64,000 nucleotides of DNA. Source: Toensbergia leucococca (lineage: Eukaryota). Position numbers and translations under genes: made by a program. Positions 48,647 through 61,896 of the stretch are shown here, in pieces. Numbering within the stretch: the first letter of the stretch is position 1; each line of letters opens with the position of its first letter. The notes under the pieces are model-generated. The model made no database searches. It was given only the letters and a program-made list of their open reading frames with translations, and was not told where the DNA came from. The DNA is taken from NCBI GenBank assembly GCA_022813965.1, contig JALDZS010000055.1, forward strand, positions 62,001 to 126,000, in the 5' to 3' direction.

Positions 48647-49890
48647 CCATGAATTTAGTCTTGAGCTCGAGCCCTTCGGTGATGTTGAAGATCATTACGT
48701 CGTTCTTATAGAACGGCGAGAAAGGATGAAACAGGCCGGGGAATCAGCCTGACTCGAATCTTTCCTGATTGATCAGTGCGGATTATCGGAACAGATTACC
48801 TGCGTCAATTCACCAATGAAGATACAATATTTCACATGCTCTGGCAAGGAAAATGCTCCATTCATCACACCAAAATACCGCACCGATCAGCAACAAACGC
48901 AATAATCTGAATGAGGATTGGTGAATGATGAAGTGATAGAATTATTAAGTTTATATCAGGTACTGCGTTCGTTATTTTTTGGACATCCGAGATCGCAAAA
49001 GACTGACAAGTGCTTTAGCATGAACTTTTGTATTCTTTTCAGCTCTCCTTCCTCCAAATTTTTTCATCACCATATAATTCAATCATTGAATGATTTCTTA
49101 AGCGTCTTACTCCTTTACTCATTTTCTTTGGGGTTGTTAACATAAATTACTGCTTCAGGGCTCTTTACAAATATAGAGAACGCTTCTTGGTACCGAGACG
49201 TTAGTATGATCACTCGATGTCTTACTTTGCTGGGTAAGAGCTGGCCGTTCTTGATAGGCTTCATCCACGATTTCCGCAAATACACTTTCAACGTATGTGA
49301 TGGCGTGGTCATCACATGTTATATTTGAATATGGATCCGTGAAGGAAAATTCGCTTGTGACTCCAGGCCCGTCATACTAGAGGTTAGATTCTCCTTCAAT
49401 GAGTCTTCTCTTAAGCAGCATGGTCAGAATGCAAAATTCCATTGAAATTGAGAGAAATAGCCTTGTCTTTACAGATGGCTCTACAATGAGACATCAGGAG
49501 AAACCGCTGATTTGTAATAGGACTATCTAGTGTTTATAAAAAAGCAAATGCCGATTGGTTATCAAGATGTGGCAGCAGAAGAGAATTCGAAATGCATTTT
49601 GTTGCATTGATGTTACTTTACTAAAGATTTTCTCATGAGCCTTTGGGCATTTCGGGCGGGGCTCCTCTTCTATTTCAAGAAGGTCAAAATCCTCATGCTA
49701 AAGTATAGCACTGCTCGACTTGATTATTTACTACCTAGTGTGTCAATTCATTTATATCTCGGAACGTATATATATCACAAATTCTCCATTGACGATCCAT
49801 GTCTTTCACTCAAGCAATTACTTGAATATACTCCCTCGTTTAGATCCAACATCTGCCTGTCTCTTATCATATTTGACAAGAATTGACATC

Positions 49891-50847
49891 ATGCACACTT
49901 GCATCTTTTTCGTGCTGTTCTGCGCCATTGTTTGCTGCGTCCGTCTGGCTGCCTCTTCCCCGGTCAACGATACGCTCCAACCAAGGGCCGCGCCGGTAAA
50001 GCGCAAATTTACCAGATACGTCGCTCTTGGGGACTCTTACTCGGCGGGTCCAGGATGGGAAACCGGTAGTGCAGTAAGCAGTATCGGCCCCCTAGGAGAA
50101 GACTGCTACCGACGTCACGGAGCCTGGCCGATCCAACTCAAAAACAGCATCGGTCAAGACTGGGATTTCCAATTCAGCGCCTGCTCGGGTCTGAACACAA
50201 CCGAGATCCGCAACGAGCAGATCTTGGCCCGGAACTCGCAGTACGGCAAGCCGGATCTGGTCTCTCTGACCTCGGGCGGCAACGACGGGGATTCCTTCGC
50301 CAAGGTCGTCTTGGACTGTAATTCCCACCTTGTTGGCAACTGTGGCAACGCTATCGATAACGCTCATGCTCTCGCCTACGACCCGGAAATGGCAAACAAC
50401 ATCGACGCCACGGTCATCGCAGCCGCAAAGACCAATCCCGTCCCGGGCCGCGTCATCATGCTAGTCGGCTACCCACGCCTCTACAATCAAGACACCGTCT
50501 TCGGCTTTCACATGCACTGCTGGCTCATGCGCTTCCGGCGCCGCCAAATCAACGCCTTGGTCACCCAGATCAACACCGTCCTCGCAGCTGTTGCCGCCCG
50601 CCACAGCCACGCCTCGGGCTACACGGTCATCTTCGTCGATCCGAACATTCACGCTCCGGGCGATCTGAGCTTCGATGGCCACCGCTTTTGCGAGAAGAGG
50701 TCCGAGGGTTTGTGGTTTCAGGATCGCGTTAATCGCAGTCCGAAGGATACAGAGGATTTTTGGATCGGGCTTTTTCATCCGGACTTGAATGGGCATGCTG
50801 CTATTGCTCAGGCGGCGCAGAATGGACTTGCTGCGCTTCCGGCTTAA
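49891..50847 (+). CDS. Secreted SGNH/GDSL hydrolase (SEST-like esterase/lipase)
   Basis: Signal peptide; YVALGDSYSAG, ACSG, TSGGND, VGYP, FDGHRFCE, LFHP; intronless. Confidence 0.88.
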   Translation: MHTCIFFVLFCAIVCCVRLAASSPVNDTLQPRAAPVKRKFTRYVALGDSYSAGPGWETGSAVSSIGPLGEDCYRRHGAWPIQLKNSIGQDWDFQFSACSGLNTTEIRNEQILARNSQYGKPDLVSLTSGGNDGDSFAKVVLDCNSHLVGNCGNAIDNAHALAYDPEMANNIDATVIAAAKTNPVPGRVIMLVGYPRLYNQDTVFGFHMHCWLMRFRRRQINALVTQINTVLAAVAARHSHASGYTVIFVDPNIHAPGDLSFDGHRFCEKRSEGLWFQDRVNRSPKDTEDFWIGLFHPDLNGHAAIAQAAQNGLAALPA

Positions 50848-50965
50848 GAGTCACTTTTTTGGTTGGCGGCGTTGGGAGTGCGGCCGGCTTTTTTTCTTCT
50901 TCTTTTTGGAATCCTTGTGAACGGAATTTAATGTTATATGTATTTTTTTGGGTGGTGATACATGT

Positions 50966-51390
50966 ACACCCCCTTTTGACACCTGGAACACTCCCCTCAC
51001 CTCTTACATAAAAATCATGACCTGATTGCGTCTGAGGGTGAGAAGAATTGAGTTGAAATGTAATACAAAAGCATTTCTTTTCTTCTAAATGATCTTGCCT
51101 TTAGACAACACATGAATAAAAGGATAATAGAGATAGAAGTTGAGGGCAATTGTGATTTAACGTGATGATGCTTTTGCACTCAGAGGTGAGAAAATTGAGT
51201 TAGAACGTAATACAAAAGCATGCTTTTTTTTTCTAAGTTAAAGCCTTTTAAATGATACACAAATCATGAGATTACGACATGCAAAAAGTGATGAGGGGAT
51301 CAAGACAAAATGTGATGCAAAATGATAAGATTTCCCTCAGCGATCATTCACCCGAGGGAGGGTGAGTGTTCAGGTATCAAAAGGGGTGTC
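50966..51390. mobile_element. MITE-like element, copy 2 (AT-shifted)
   Basis: TIR ACACCCCCTTTTGACACCTGGAACACTC / GAGTGTTCAGGTATCAAAAGGGGTGT; internal blocks homologous to 6995..7220. Confidence 0.7.
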
Positions 51391-51575
51391 CAGGTGCCAG
51401 GTGTCAATTCCCTTATAAAAATCAACACTGAAACATGGTTTTTCGTAGTTCTAGGCACCCGTTCTCCGTACAAGGCTGACAACCTTCGCGCCGATTTATT
51501 CGTTTAACAAACGCAATTTCATCCTGATCAACTCGAGGCATTCTCAGCGGCGACTTATCGAACGATGAGCTGTCC

Positions 51576-52905
51576 ATGCCTCCTGCTTTGAGGAAGACTC
51601 GCTTTGTTTGTGTCTCGGATACCCACAACTTATCTCCAACAGAAGGTTCATTCAAGTTGCCGAAAGGCGATGTACTGATACATGCAGGTGACTTGACCAA
51701 TCAAGGAAATCTGCCTGAGTTGCGTAAGACATTGGCCTGGATAGAGCAAGCGGATTTCGAAGCAAAGATTGTGATTGCAGGTACCTAGCTCCGTCCTCCT
51801 CAACCGAGATCCATCACTGACCTATATATCAGGCAATCACGACATTACCTTGGATTTGGACTTTTACGCTGATCATGGCTTGCAATTTCACAATCAATAC
51901 CCTCAGGAACCATCGGATTGTATACAGTTACTTAAAGATTCCCCGTCTATCACATACTTAAAACATGAATCTGCCGAGATCCGTTTGAACAAACAAAACG
52001 GTCCACGAACAGCCTTCAAGGTGTTTGGATCTCCCTACTCAATAGTCAACGGTCTTTGGGCGTTTGGATATGTACCTGAAAATGGCCCGGAGCTATGGGA
52101 TCACATACCTTTGAACACTGATATCGTCATTACTCACACCCCTCCCAAATACCATTGCGACGAGTCAAAAGATCGAGGAGCAGCGGGTTGCGAGGCTTTA
52201 CGTCAGACTTTATGGCGTGTCCGACCTCGTCTAGCAGTATGTGGACACGTACACGAAGGCAGAGGTGTTGAAAGGGTTCTTTGGGATCTGACATCACCGA
52301 ACGTCAAGTACAAGGAGGAGGACACCTTTTACTGGACCGATCCTGGGCATGATAACAATAAGCAGTGCCTTTTCGACTTGAGCATCAGAGGAGGAAACCC
52401 TCTGGAAAATGATGGCTCCGAAGCCATGGAATCGCAGGCTAAATCCTTGGGAATCAATCCTGGTGACACGCCTAAAGATTCAGACTCTGCATCACAAATC
52501 CCGTTGAGCTCTGCGAGTGAGACGGCGTCATTGCTTCATTCTACAGCGACCTCTGAGTCTGCTTTCTCGACTGTTCCTACCTTTCACGCTGTAGGCACTC
52601 AGCTTACAAGGCGTCGTTCACTACAGTATGGTGCAGACCTTGACAATCTGAAAGGTTTAGGATCCTCGGGATTCCCGAGCACAGGTAATACATATTCAAC
52701 TGGTCGTGGGCAGGGAGGGAAGCCACCATCGGGGCGATGCGACATGGAAGCTCTACATGGCAGATTGGGAAGAAAAGAAACTTGCATTATTAACGCTGCC
52801 ATCAAGGCTACCAATTGGCCACATAAGAGTGCCAAGGGCAAGAAGCACAACAAGCCAATTGTTGTTGATATCGATCTACCAATATGGGACGATATATCGG
52901 ACTGA
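51576..52905 (+). CDS. Calcineurin-like metallophosphoesterase (MPPED/239FB-like)
   Basis: VSDTH, HAGDLT, IAGNHD (across intron 51781..51832), ITHTPP, CGHVHEG. Confidence 0.9.
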
Positions 52906-54627
52906 AGTAGGTCCCTCAGCGATTGGGTCCATGTCATGATTCTCATGGCCTTGGCAATGACTACGGTGCCTTTTCCCGACGTGGCACACGCGTACTTCAT
53001 GCATTGGACGCCTCCGTATAAATTCAAATTGGAACGTGCATGATGCATGATACATTATGGCGGGGTACTTGCAGCTTTCCCCCTCGTTGACAGTTTCAGT
53101 TTCAAGGTGCCTTGCCCCGCTTTATCTGAAGAGTCTTTCGCACTTCATCGATTTTTTTAAAATGCCTCGTCTGCAGTGTTTTATTACATAGAGCAGCCTG
53201 ATCATCGATAAGAAGAAGCCCCTTGGTTGAGCTACTGTGACCAATGATGACAGATCCTGAATGGAAGACTTTCCGGAGAAATCTTCTTCTCGCTGCAACC
53301 TATCCTGGATTAGCAAGCTAAAGTGCTGATGATCATTGACATCAGCGCCGTAAGATGTAATCGTCCACGTACAGTAGTCAATAAGCTGCATGACTTGAAG
53401 CGCTTGAGGACGTAGAGTAATGCCGTAAGCCTGGCCATTGCGACCCACCGGACTTTTGCCCATCTTTTTATGGTAAAGCACTACACCATCAACGTGTTCT
53501 AGTATGCCGACGGAAGTGATACTTTGGAGCACTCGCACCGTCCTGGCCTAAGTTGGAAGAAAGGTTGTTGATTGGATGGGGTTTAGGTCAGAGAAAGTGC
53601 TGTAACCGCCGAAACACAGATGTTGGCAGCAGACACAGGCATTTCCTGCGCTAGTCCATGAAACCTTTCCCCCGATTCGTTCAGACGTGGCCATCTCCCC
53701 CCACTGCCATCAACAGCGGCCCACATGCTGGCGGCCCGTACTGTAAGACATCATCATCGATGGAGGCCTCCATGCACCGGCCAGGCTCCCAAACCAATAG
53801 TGGGCCCAGGCTATTGTGTGATGAAATGAGCAAGTGCCTGAGGACTCGACTGGTGTAGTTATACTAGAGCACAGGAATCCATCGCTGGTAGTTGTAAAGA
53901 CGTAATGTAGGTAGGCAAACAACGTTGCGATTCACAGCCCCTTCACTGCAAGCCTGGCTCCGATTCACCACTCCATTCGCTGAGGCGTATCCTTTGGCAT
54001 TCCCCCTTCGTCCCAAAGGATTTCAATAAGCCCCATTTATTACTTGGTTCGTTTTGCGTGCCTGGTAATAGGAACAGGCCATCCGCTTGGTTCTGATTGC
54101 CTTGGACCAGGCAAAAGCTTGTGTCTCTCACCTCAGTCTAGTCCGCCCAACCGCTTGTATCAGGTACAGATCAGGCTGGTGTCCTCAATCTCACCGCCTC
54201 CACAAATCAAGATCAAATCCCATTCCACGACACATCAAAGTCTCCATTAACACTCTCTTCCTGATTCTTCTCGTACTGTCGACGGCCATCTGTCATTTAT
54301 TAATAATCCGATTGCTGTTTGCCACCTCGGCTGGGTTCGTCCTGGCCGCTTGTTACGTACCTCGCTAGTGAATTGTTGCTTTTCACCCGACCAAAGAATT
54401 GCCAGTGCTTCCATCATTCACGAACATCCTCCACCTAAAACCTCGCACCCTCGGTCATCATCTATTCCGTACACAGCCACGCGTGATTATCTCACCATTT
54501 ACCTTACGGCCTTTGTATGCCGTCTCATCCATCCGGTTGTTGTTAAGACCTCTACGACCTCTACGAACACCCTTCAATGTACAGACCTCCTTGAGAGTAA
54601 GCGACTCTCTCACCTACGAACATAGTC

Positions 54628-56517
54628 ATGGAGGATCCTCTTCCTTTTGACCCATATGAAGTCCTCGATATAGCGAAAGATGCATCTCTGGCAACGATAC
54701 GAAGCGCTCACCGGAAGCTGGTCCTCACATGCCACCCAGATAAGGTTTATGATGAGTCAATAAAAGCACAGAAGTCGGATCAGTTCCACAAGGTCCAGCA
54801 ATCATACGAGGTCCTCAGTGATGACAACAGGAGGCAGCGACACGACGAGACGGTCAGATTAGCAGTGTTACGGGCCGAGATTTTGGCGGAAAAGGGTAGA
54901 AGTCGTACGGCACCGGACTCTAGGTCACGGCATGACCCTTCACCTATGTTCGAGGTGAGAGGGGGACGAATCTATGAGGAGAGGGTACCAGCTCGAAGTA
55001 GATCGTATGAAGAGAATATCATATACGAAGAGCCTCATTCCATGCCAAGCAAGTTCGACGATCGATACAACACCTCGTCTTCGAGGAGATCTTCGGGGCG
55101 TGTGCAGGAAGACAAGAGGAAAGTCTGGGAGCTTGACGACGAGCGGGAACGAGAGCGGGAACGACAGAAAATTGCAAGAGAGGCTGAGAAACTGGCTTAT
55201 TCGAATAGTACAAGATCGAGGGAGAAGGGAAGGAGAAGGGATTCTGATATGAAAGAGAGCCGGAAATTCGCTCAGGCGAGTTACGAAACCGATTCAGACG
55301 AAACAGACACCACGTGGACCACCAAACGAGAATCAGAATCAAAGAGGAGGCACGACGATGGTTGGAAGCGAGATCGAGAGGAGGCTCCGCGAAGAAGTAG
55401 CAAACGAGGAGATGACTATGCCGATGATTTGGAATCCAAACACTATCATAGTGCCCGGGATTATATTGAGAAGTCGAGAGGAGCTATTCCTGTCGACCTT
55501 GATCCACGTCGTCCGCTCAATTACAGACATACTTCGTCTGCCGATGTCAGACCTCAACCTCAACCTCAACAACGTCCAATACCACCAACAATCGATACTG
55601 ACACTAGGCCTATATCTCGAAGGACACGCACAGGAACGGAAAGTTCTAGGACATCTCCCAAGGATCGTAGAGTCACCGAAATCGTTGAGCCTCAGCCAAG
55701 TCGAAGCTACGAATCATCTAGTCGAAAGATGCCTGCCATGCCAGCTGCATCATCCGCTCCAAGTAATATCAAGATTCCTGTAGAAAGTCCTAGAAGAGGA
55801 CCTCACCGCTCGGCGACCACGCACGCTACACCAGAAGCTAGACAGCCGTCTATTCGTCGAGCAGACACTATGCCAGCCTCTTCGCGCCGTGGTGATACAG
55901 CTCCACCAAAATCATCTAGACTAAAGCATGCTGAAACCCATGACTCTGGTTACTCAAGTCCTGGGACTCCGGACGTGCAATACCCAGATCACATCCCTCA
56001 GCCACGATCCACGAAAGTCCAATACAAAGTCATAGATGAACAAGACGATCACCGAACCGTCATTGTTGACCCCGAAGATTCGTACCGCCGTGAGCGCGAA
56101 CCATCGCCTCCTAAATCATCCCACCGAGCGCCCGATCGTCCTAGCGTCTCGACTCGCGCTTCATCCAGCGCTCGGATTCCACCCTCTCGCTCTGCCTCCT
56201 CTTATTCCTACTCTCCTGACCACCTCCCATCTCCCCGCCTTACACGCGCCGACTCATCAGCTCGAGCTCCTTCCCTCACAACTCGGCAGTCTTCTCGCAG
56301 CGGTCCTCAATTATACGGCGAGGTTACCCCGAAGACGGAAGAACCGTACAAGGTCATGCATACGTCTCCTAAGCTACGTTCTGAGGATATACGCTACGGT
56401 CAATATGAACGTAGAGGCTCGGATCCCTCGAATAGAGATGCGTATCCCGGATCGGCGTGGGCCGATAGTCGGCTCCGGCCTGGAATGGCAAGACACGAGT
56501 CTTCGCATGTCTACTAG
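54628..56517 (+). CDS. DnaJ (J-domain) protein with long Arg/Ser/Pro-rich disordered tail
   Basis: DPYEVLDI...HRKLVLTCHPDK...FHKVQQSYEVLSD; 629-aa ORF. Confidence 0.9.
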   Translation: MEDPLPFDPYEVLDIAKDASLATIRSAHRKLVLTCHPDKVYDESIKAQKSDQFHKVQQSYEVLSDDNRRQRHDETVRLAVLRAEILAEKGRSRTAPDSRSRHDPSPMFEVRGGRIYEERVPARSRSYEENIIYEEPHSMPSKFDDRYNTSSSRRSSGRVQEDKRKVWELDDERERERERQKIAREAEKLAYSNSTRSREKGRRRDSDMKESRKFAQASYETDSDETDTTWTTKRESESKRRHDDGWKRDREEAPRRSSKRGDDYADDLESKHYHSARDYIEKSRGAIPVDLDPRRPLNYRHTSSADVRPQPQPQQRPIPPTIDTDTRPISRRTRTGTESSRTSPKDRRVTEIVEPQPSRSYESSSRKMPAMPAASSAPSNIKIPVESPRRGPHRSATTHATPEARQPSIRRADTMPASSRRGDTAPPKSSRLKHAETHDSGYSSPGTPDVQYPDHIPQPRSTKVQYKVIDEQDDHRTVIVDPEDSYRREREPSPPKSSHRAPDRPSVSTRASSSARIPPSRSASSYSYSPDHLPSPRLTRADSSARAPSLTTRQSSRSGPQLYGEVTPKTEEPYKVMHTSPKLRSEDIRYGQYERRGSDPSNRDAYPGSAWADSRLRPGMARHESSHVY

Positions 56518-57997
56518 CGTGGGGGATTTCGCTGTGGGGTTGGGCTGGCTTGTAATTGGTGGACAGTATGCTGTTCGAGCTGTATGGAGAAGAATCGAGG
56601 TTCTGTTCAAATTCTTGACCTGGATTTAATAGCCGCATGACCGGGCGTTCTTGTTCTCTCTTTCTCCCTTTCTCTCTTGTCGCCTCTTTTTTCAATCTCT
56701 ATCCGTGGAGAATGATGAAGAAAGCCCGTGTTTCCCCAATTTTGTCGTTGGTAGCCCATGTTTCTCTTTTCCCTTTTCCCATGATGACCGGAGCGGGGCT
56801 TGCTGATTGGTCGAATTATTTTCCTTGGCTGTCATATAGATGGTTTTCCAACACTCGTTTTACTGTTGCGGACAGGGCGCGTTTTCGAGCCCGTTACTAC
56901 CTAGCCCCCACGACGGGACTGTGAGCGCTGCTGTATTGTATTCTAGGATTTTCTGGTGTGGAAGATGGGGCATTGGTAGCATGGCTGCGTGTTTTTCTTC
57001 TTTGTTAGCTCTAGCTAGGAATCATGGGTTCTCCTTTTTTTCCCTCTTTTCCTTCTCTATCTTAAACTTCCGAGGTTAGATTAATGACTCGGAATCAAAT
57101 CCAAAAAAAAACAATTTTCCATTTTTTTGGATTCGGGAAATATCATGATTTGTGCACCGTATACAAGACTTGGCTCTTCACATCTGTTGCACTTTTGCAC
57201 CTCGTCATCACTCATGAGCTTTGAGCTTATGAGACTTTTATTTTGCGCCCCTGGGAGGCTCCGGGGGAGTGAATTTTAAATTTTTGTACGTAGAGTATGA
57301 TGCATCAATTTTTCAGCTCTCATGATGTCAATACCTAGTACTCACTGTACGTGACTCAAAACAATACAGCCTGCAATCTCACAAAAGGTATTTCATCTGC
57401 AATTAGACAACATCACATATACATTCATAAGAAAGATCAAACACCAAGATTATGTCTACAAACCCTCAAATACTCTCAAAATAAACTCTCATTCATATAA
57501 TTCTCACACGTTTGCTCAACCCTCAGATCAGACCCAAGTTCTTCATCTACTCAAGAAAGCAAGTACCATCTTACTCCTCCCCTTTTTCACCAATTCTCTG
57601 AAAATTCATATATTTTGAGATTTGACCTTCTCAAGAGCCAACATGTCAAATCAATGAAAATAAATGTACAAAAGATAAAAGAGGCAAAAAGGCATTTGGC
57701 TTGAGAAGGCTAGTAGGTGCGCGTGGAAGCGTGGCGGCGTCCAGAAACGCCCGTGGTAGGGTCCGATGTATGAATGCAATTATGAAGAAGAAAATCTACA
57801 AGTACCGCATTTACACGCGAGTCTTGCGTGGATATTGTGTGCCTTGCGCAGTCAGGCTACACTGACTGAAGTCCAGACCGGGCGGCCTAAGAGGCTGGCT
57901 TAGCGCTAGGCTTATCTCTCTCCTCATCGTTATGTGGGTGGTCCATGAAATGGATCCGTGACATGCCGCAAGGGTTATCTTGACTATCCCTGTTGCA

Positions 57998-60900
57998 TCA
58001 ATCAGAGCTTTGAGCGGCTTGGACCGCAAGTATCTTTTCGCGAGCCTCTACGATCTTCGAGAGACCGTTGGCATTGACATTCCGAACATTGTTTGCAATG
58101 TTCAGGACTGTGTCACAATGCTGAAGTGCTAGCTTCAGATCACCACGTTTGAAGGCGAGCACGCTCAGACTCTCGTAAATCAGGAGACGGGTAGAATCGA
58201 GGTCGATCCCATCGAGCTGTTCCTCCAACATTTCCAACAGTTCCTGCTCGACCTTCTCGACTTCTTCGAGCGTTGTCGCTGCCTTTACTCGATCTAGCGT
58301 GCTGTAATTAAATACTGCCAAGAAGCCAAAGGGTCCCTGCCTGTTATTTCGGACTTCTTCGATTTCGGACTTTGTTATACTCAACGCTTTCAGCTGAGCT
58401 TCAATTCTATCTCCCGAGGGATCTTTCAGGTGTAGAAGCCGGATCCGAGTACTACTTACCAGAGGTAAGTTGACATCTGCAAAATCGCTATTGGGAAGGA
58501 AATTGTTCGCAATACCTTCCAGCATGGGAGAGTAGTCGCGGTCGATATTCAAGGAGGAGGCATATTGGGCTGCGTACATGATGGCGATAATACACAGCAT
58601 CTCGATCATGCCTCTTGCATCAGAAAACACGTCATTATATTTCGTCTTGGTTCTTTTCTTCACCATGTCGAATGCTGAAGACCAAGCGCTTAGAAGCATC
58701 GAAGGACCTTTCGTAAGAGGAGTTCCGAAAATAGCCAAAAATCTGTTAAGCACATCAAGAACAACTGGCATACGTCGCGGATTGTTTGCCAGGCAAAAGG
58801 CCAACTGCCCTACTCGTTTTAAAAGAAAGACATTCCTGTGATCTGCTTTTACCCGAAGAGACAGATTATTCGCCGTGATATAATTGGCAAATTCAAAACT
58901 TAATTGAGCCCTTGCAAAATTCCATGAAGGAGTCATTGCTTCCGTATTCGGCCAATGACGAGATCGATAGTAGTGAAATCGCTGAAATGCAACTTCAATG
59001 GTGTGATTCAGCCATGCCGGCACAGCAAACTGCTGCTGCCTGAGAGCCAAAGACAATAATGGGTGAACTTTCATATGTATTTCTTCATCATCCGTTGCGC
59101 CAGACAAGGTTTTACTCAAAAAGCCTTCTCGCTCGCAAGATTCAAAAGCCGCGGTCATGGGAGCTAGGTTCGATATATCAGAGTCTTGAAAAGCGCTGCT
59201 ACCGAACAAGATGCTACGCTCCTTGTTTTCCATCCGCTCAGCAGTATACTTGAGTTGGGATGCAAAACCAGTGGGCTCATCGGCTTTTGAGATTCGAGCT
59301 TTTGCCCATAAGAAAACCAGTCGATATGGGAGAATGTCTAACGGAAAGGTGCGCCAAAAGGGTCTTAGCAGCCTGAAGTCCGTATCACACACGACTCTCG
59401 CTGGATGAGGCCCAATATTCTGGCGGACTAAATGTTGAGCGTCAAGGAAGCCGCGAGACCGGCTGTCTCCAAACAGGCCTGGCCGCGCTTGGTCTAGAAG
59501 TGATCCGTCTGTCAATTTGTTGTAGAATTCCTGAATACCCATACCGGAAGAAACAAATGCTTTCATCAGTAATTCGATTGCCAGTGGGTTGCCATCCACA
59601 AGATATATACACTGCTCAAGGAACCTACTGTTCATATTACTAGTCATGTCAAGCTCATGTCCACTTTCGACTACTTGTTTGGTAGCCATTTGCAGGCTCG
59701 ATTTCATGTTTAGATTCTTTAGGATATAGGTCACTTTGGCAGCTGCCTTGATCCAGTCCTCCCCATGTCGTGATATGATAATCACGAAGCTTTTCTTTAT
59801 CTTCCGCAGAAAGCGACGAAGGGAGCTTTGTCTCTCCGTTGACCCAACCTCATCCTGCATCCGAGCTGCATCAAGGCTGTCAATAACAATTAGACATCGA
59901 TGCTGATTGACGTAGGTCAGAACATTCGCAGAGTTTTCCGTCGAAGTAAGCCCAAAGGCGTATGCGATTGCGGCTTGAATCTTGACAACATTGAGATCGC
60001 CCATTTTGGCACAATCAAGAACCACATAGTCTTCGATAAAACCTGTGGCTTTCCACCAATGACAAAGATGCTCCACGAAGTATGTTTTCCCAGTACCGGC
60101 AGAGCCATTAAGCAGAAGCACGTTTGAAGTCAGTAATTTTGTTTCGATCGCAAGAATATCATCTTCCCTTCCAAAGAGGTCTAGTTCGTGCTGCGGCGAC
60201 GCTTCTGATACCAGAACTTCTGGGACATAGAGCTCACTTGAACCGAATGGCAATTTTGAGAATAAGATCGGTGTAATGGCGTCTTGAATATTCAAAACCA
60301 TGTTGAATTTAGTACGCCTTTTTGGGTCCTTTCGCATTGCAAAACGAGCAATGCGCGTAGCATCAAACATGCTCCGTTTGTGTCTCAAAATTTGACGGTA
60401 GAGATTTTTTGTAAAGATTGCCGCCGCAGAGTCAAGAATCTCAAATCTCATCCCGATAGCCATCTTTACCCCTTGTTCAACCATAGATCGAGCAATGTTT
60501 GACGTAGCACTCTGCTCCGATGCGGACTGGCATGCATTCAAGACTGCAGCGCCTACCCCATGACTCGCTAACAGCTTAGCAATTCGGGATAGAGGTACGT
60601 CTTCTGCTCCGACCAGATCTTCGTTTGGAAGAAGGAACTTTAAGAAGGCACTGTGACATTTCGATCAGCTTTCAAGTGTAATGAACGCATACGGCTTGGC
60701 CACTTACTTCCCTTCTAGCACAAAGCCGTGTAGATCAAAGTGAACGATATCATAATGTCCGATGGGATGGCCTGCGAGTGCTGTCTCTAACGCTAGAAAG
60801 GTGCCTGGTCGGACTATCTCCAAAGTTGGAGGATTCGGGTTGCCGTCCTGCTCTTCCCCAATCGTCTCTGAAATGGTGCGCGTGATCAAACGATATGGTA

Positions 60901-61435
60901 TGTCGCGTTCAAGATTCGGTCGCGCTGAAACAGCCAAAATGTGCTGTCGACTTGACTGGGTCTTGGTTACGCCCTGTGCATATGAAAGATCACCAACAGC
61001 GTCAAGTGCATCAGCCCTCCGTCCAACTGTGACTCTGCAAGGCCGAAGCTCTGCATTCCATAACATAACATCCTCCAATATCTCCCAGTGGATCTGTGAG
61101 AGTCTGGGCGAATATCCACCGTAGCCATCTATCTCAATCATCAGGTCGCATCCAAAGAGGTCGGCAAGCACGGCGTCAGAAACACAGATGGCTTGGGCAA
61201 GAGATGAACCATACGACTGCAGTTTCGTCTCTACCGCTTGGGACCTTCTTACGGAAAACGAGTCATTCCTAGCGAAATCCTCGATGTACCATCTCAGATC
61301 CTCGGAAAATGTATCACTGGGGTCAGCAAAAGTCGGGGGTAGAAGAATAGGGAAGGTTTCATCAATTAGGCAAGGCCTGATTTGCGCGATCAAGGGGACC
61401 TCGCCTTGGATTGCACGGATATTTAGGATGGGCAT
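57998..61435 (-). CDS. CHAT (caspase-like) protease - STAND/NB-ARC-like NTPase - helical/TPR-like protein, ~1126 aa (NLR-like)
   Basis: Exons 61435..60708 and 60650..57998 (intron 60651..60707, GTAAGT..CAG); catalytic dyad IVHFDLHG and VLNACQSA; FGREDDI, Walker A GSAGTGKT, Walker B LIVIDSLD, GNPLAI, VHPLL; TPR-like C-terminus. Confidence 0.88.
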
Positions 61436-61896
61436 AGCTGATGTGCTCAGTCTTATGCTCAGCAGGAAAATGAAAGGATGATCACTTGCTCTTGAGGCTA
61501 TGAGCATACCCTTTGGTAGCTAGGTAGGCAGAGCCCCAGGACCGTCCGGTTGGAATTGACTGTCGTGGGCTAGGCGATGAGAACTTGCTCCTACGAAGCT
61601 TTGAGTCAACTGTAGAACTGGCCGGGAAGTAGTACCTCTTTGTATGAAGCCATAGATATTACAGGAGCAATATCACAGTGATGATACTCAATGGCTTGAA
61701 TAGTGGCTCTGGTTGGTCGATATAATTAGTAAATATTGCTCTCCTGCATGAAGTGCTTCTTTAGGTGCATATCTAGCTCTTTGGCACACTTAGAACAATA
61801 GAATAGCGATAACAAATCAGGTTTTCCTATGATGGATTTGTTGATAGTTCTAGAGTATCCGTACGGAGTACCGACTGCATATGTTAACCATTCAAC

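Noticed and set aside
49891..50847. Horizontal transfer of the intronless, GC-richer SGNH hydrolase from bacteria
   Set aside because: SEST-like SGNH hydrolases are widespread in fungi; lack of introns is not evidence without a phylogeny
53122..53538. 138-aa minus-strand ORF (and similarly 62875..63306)
   Set aside because: No recognisable motifs or splice support; cannot be told from chance ORFs
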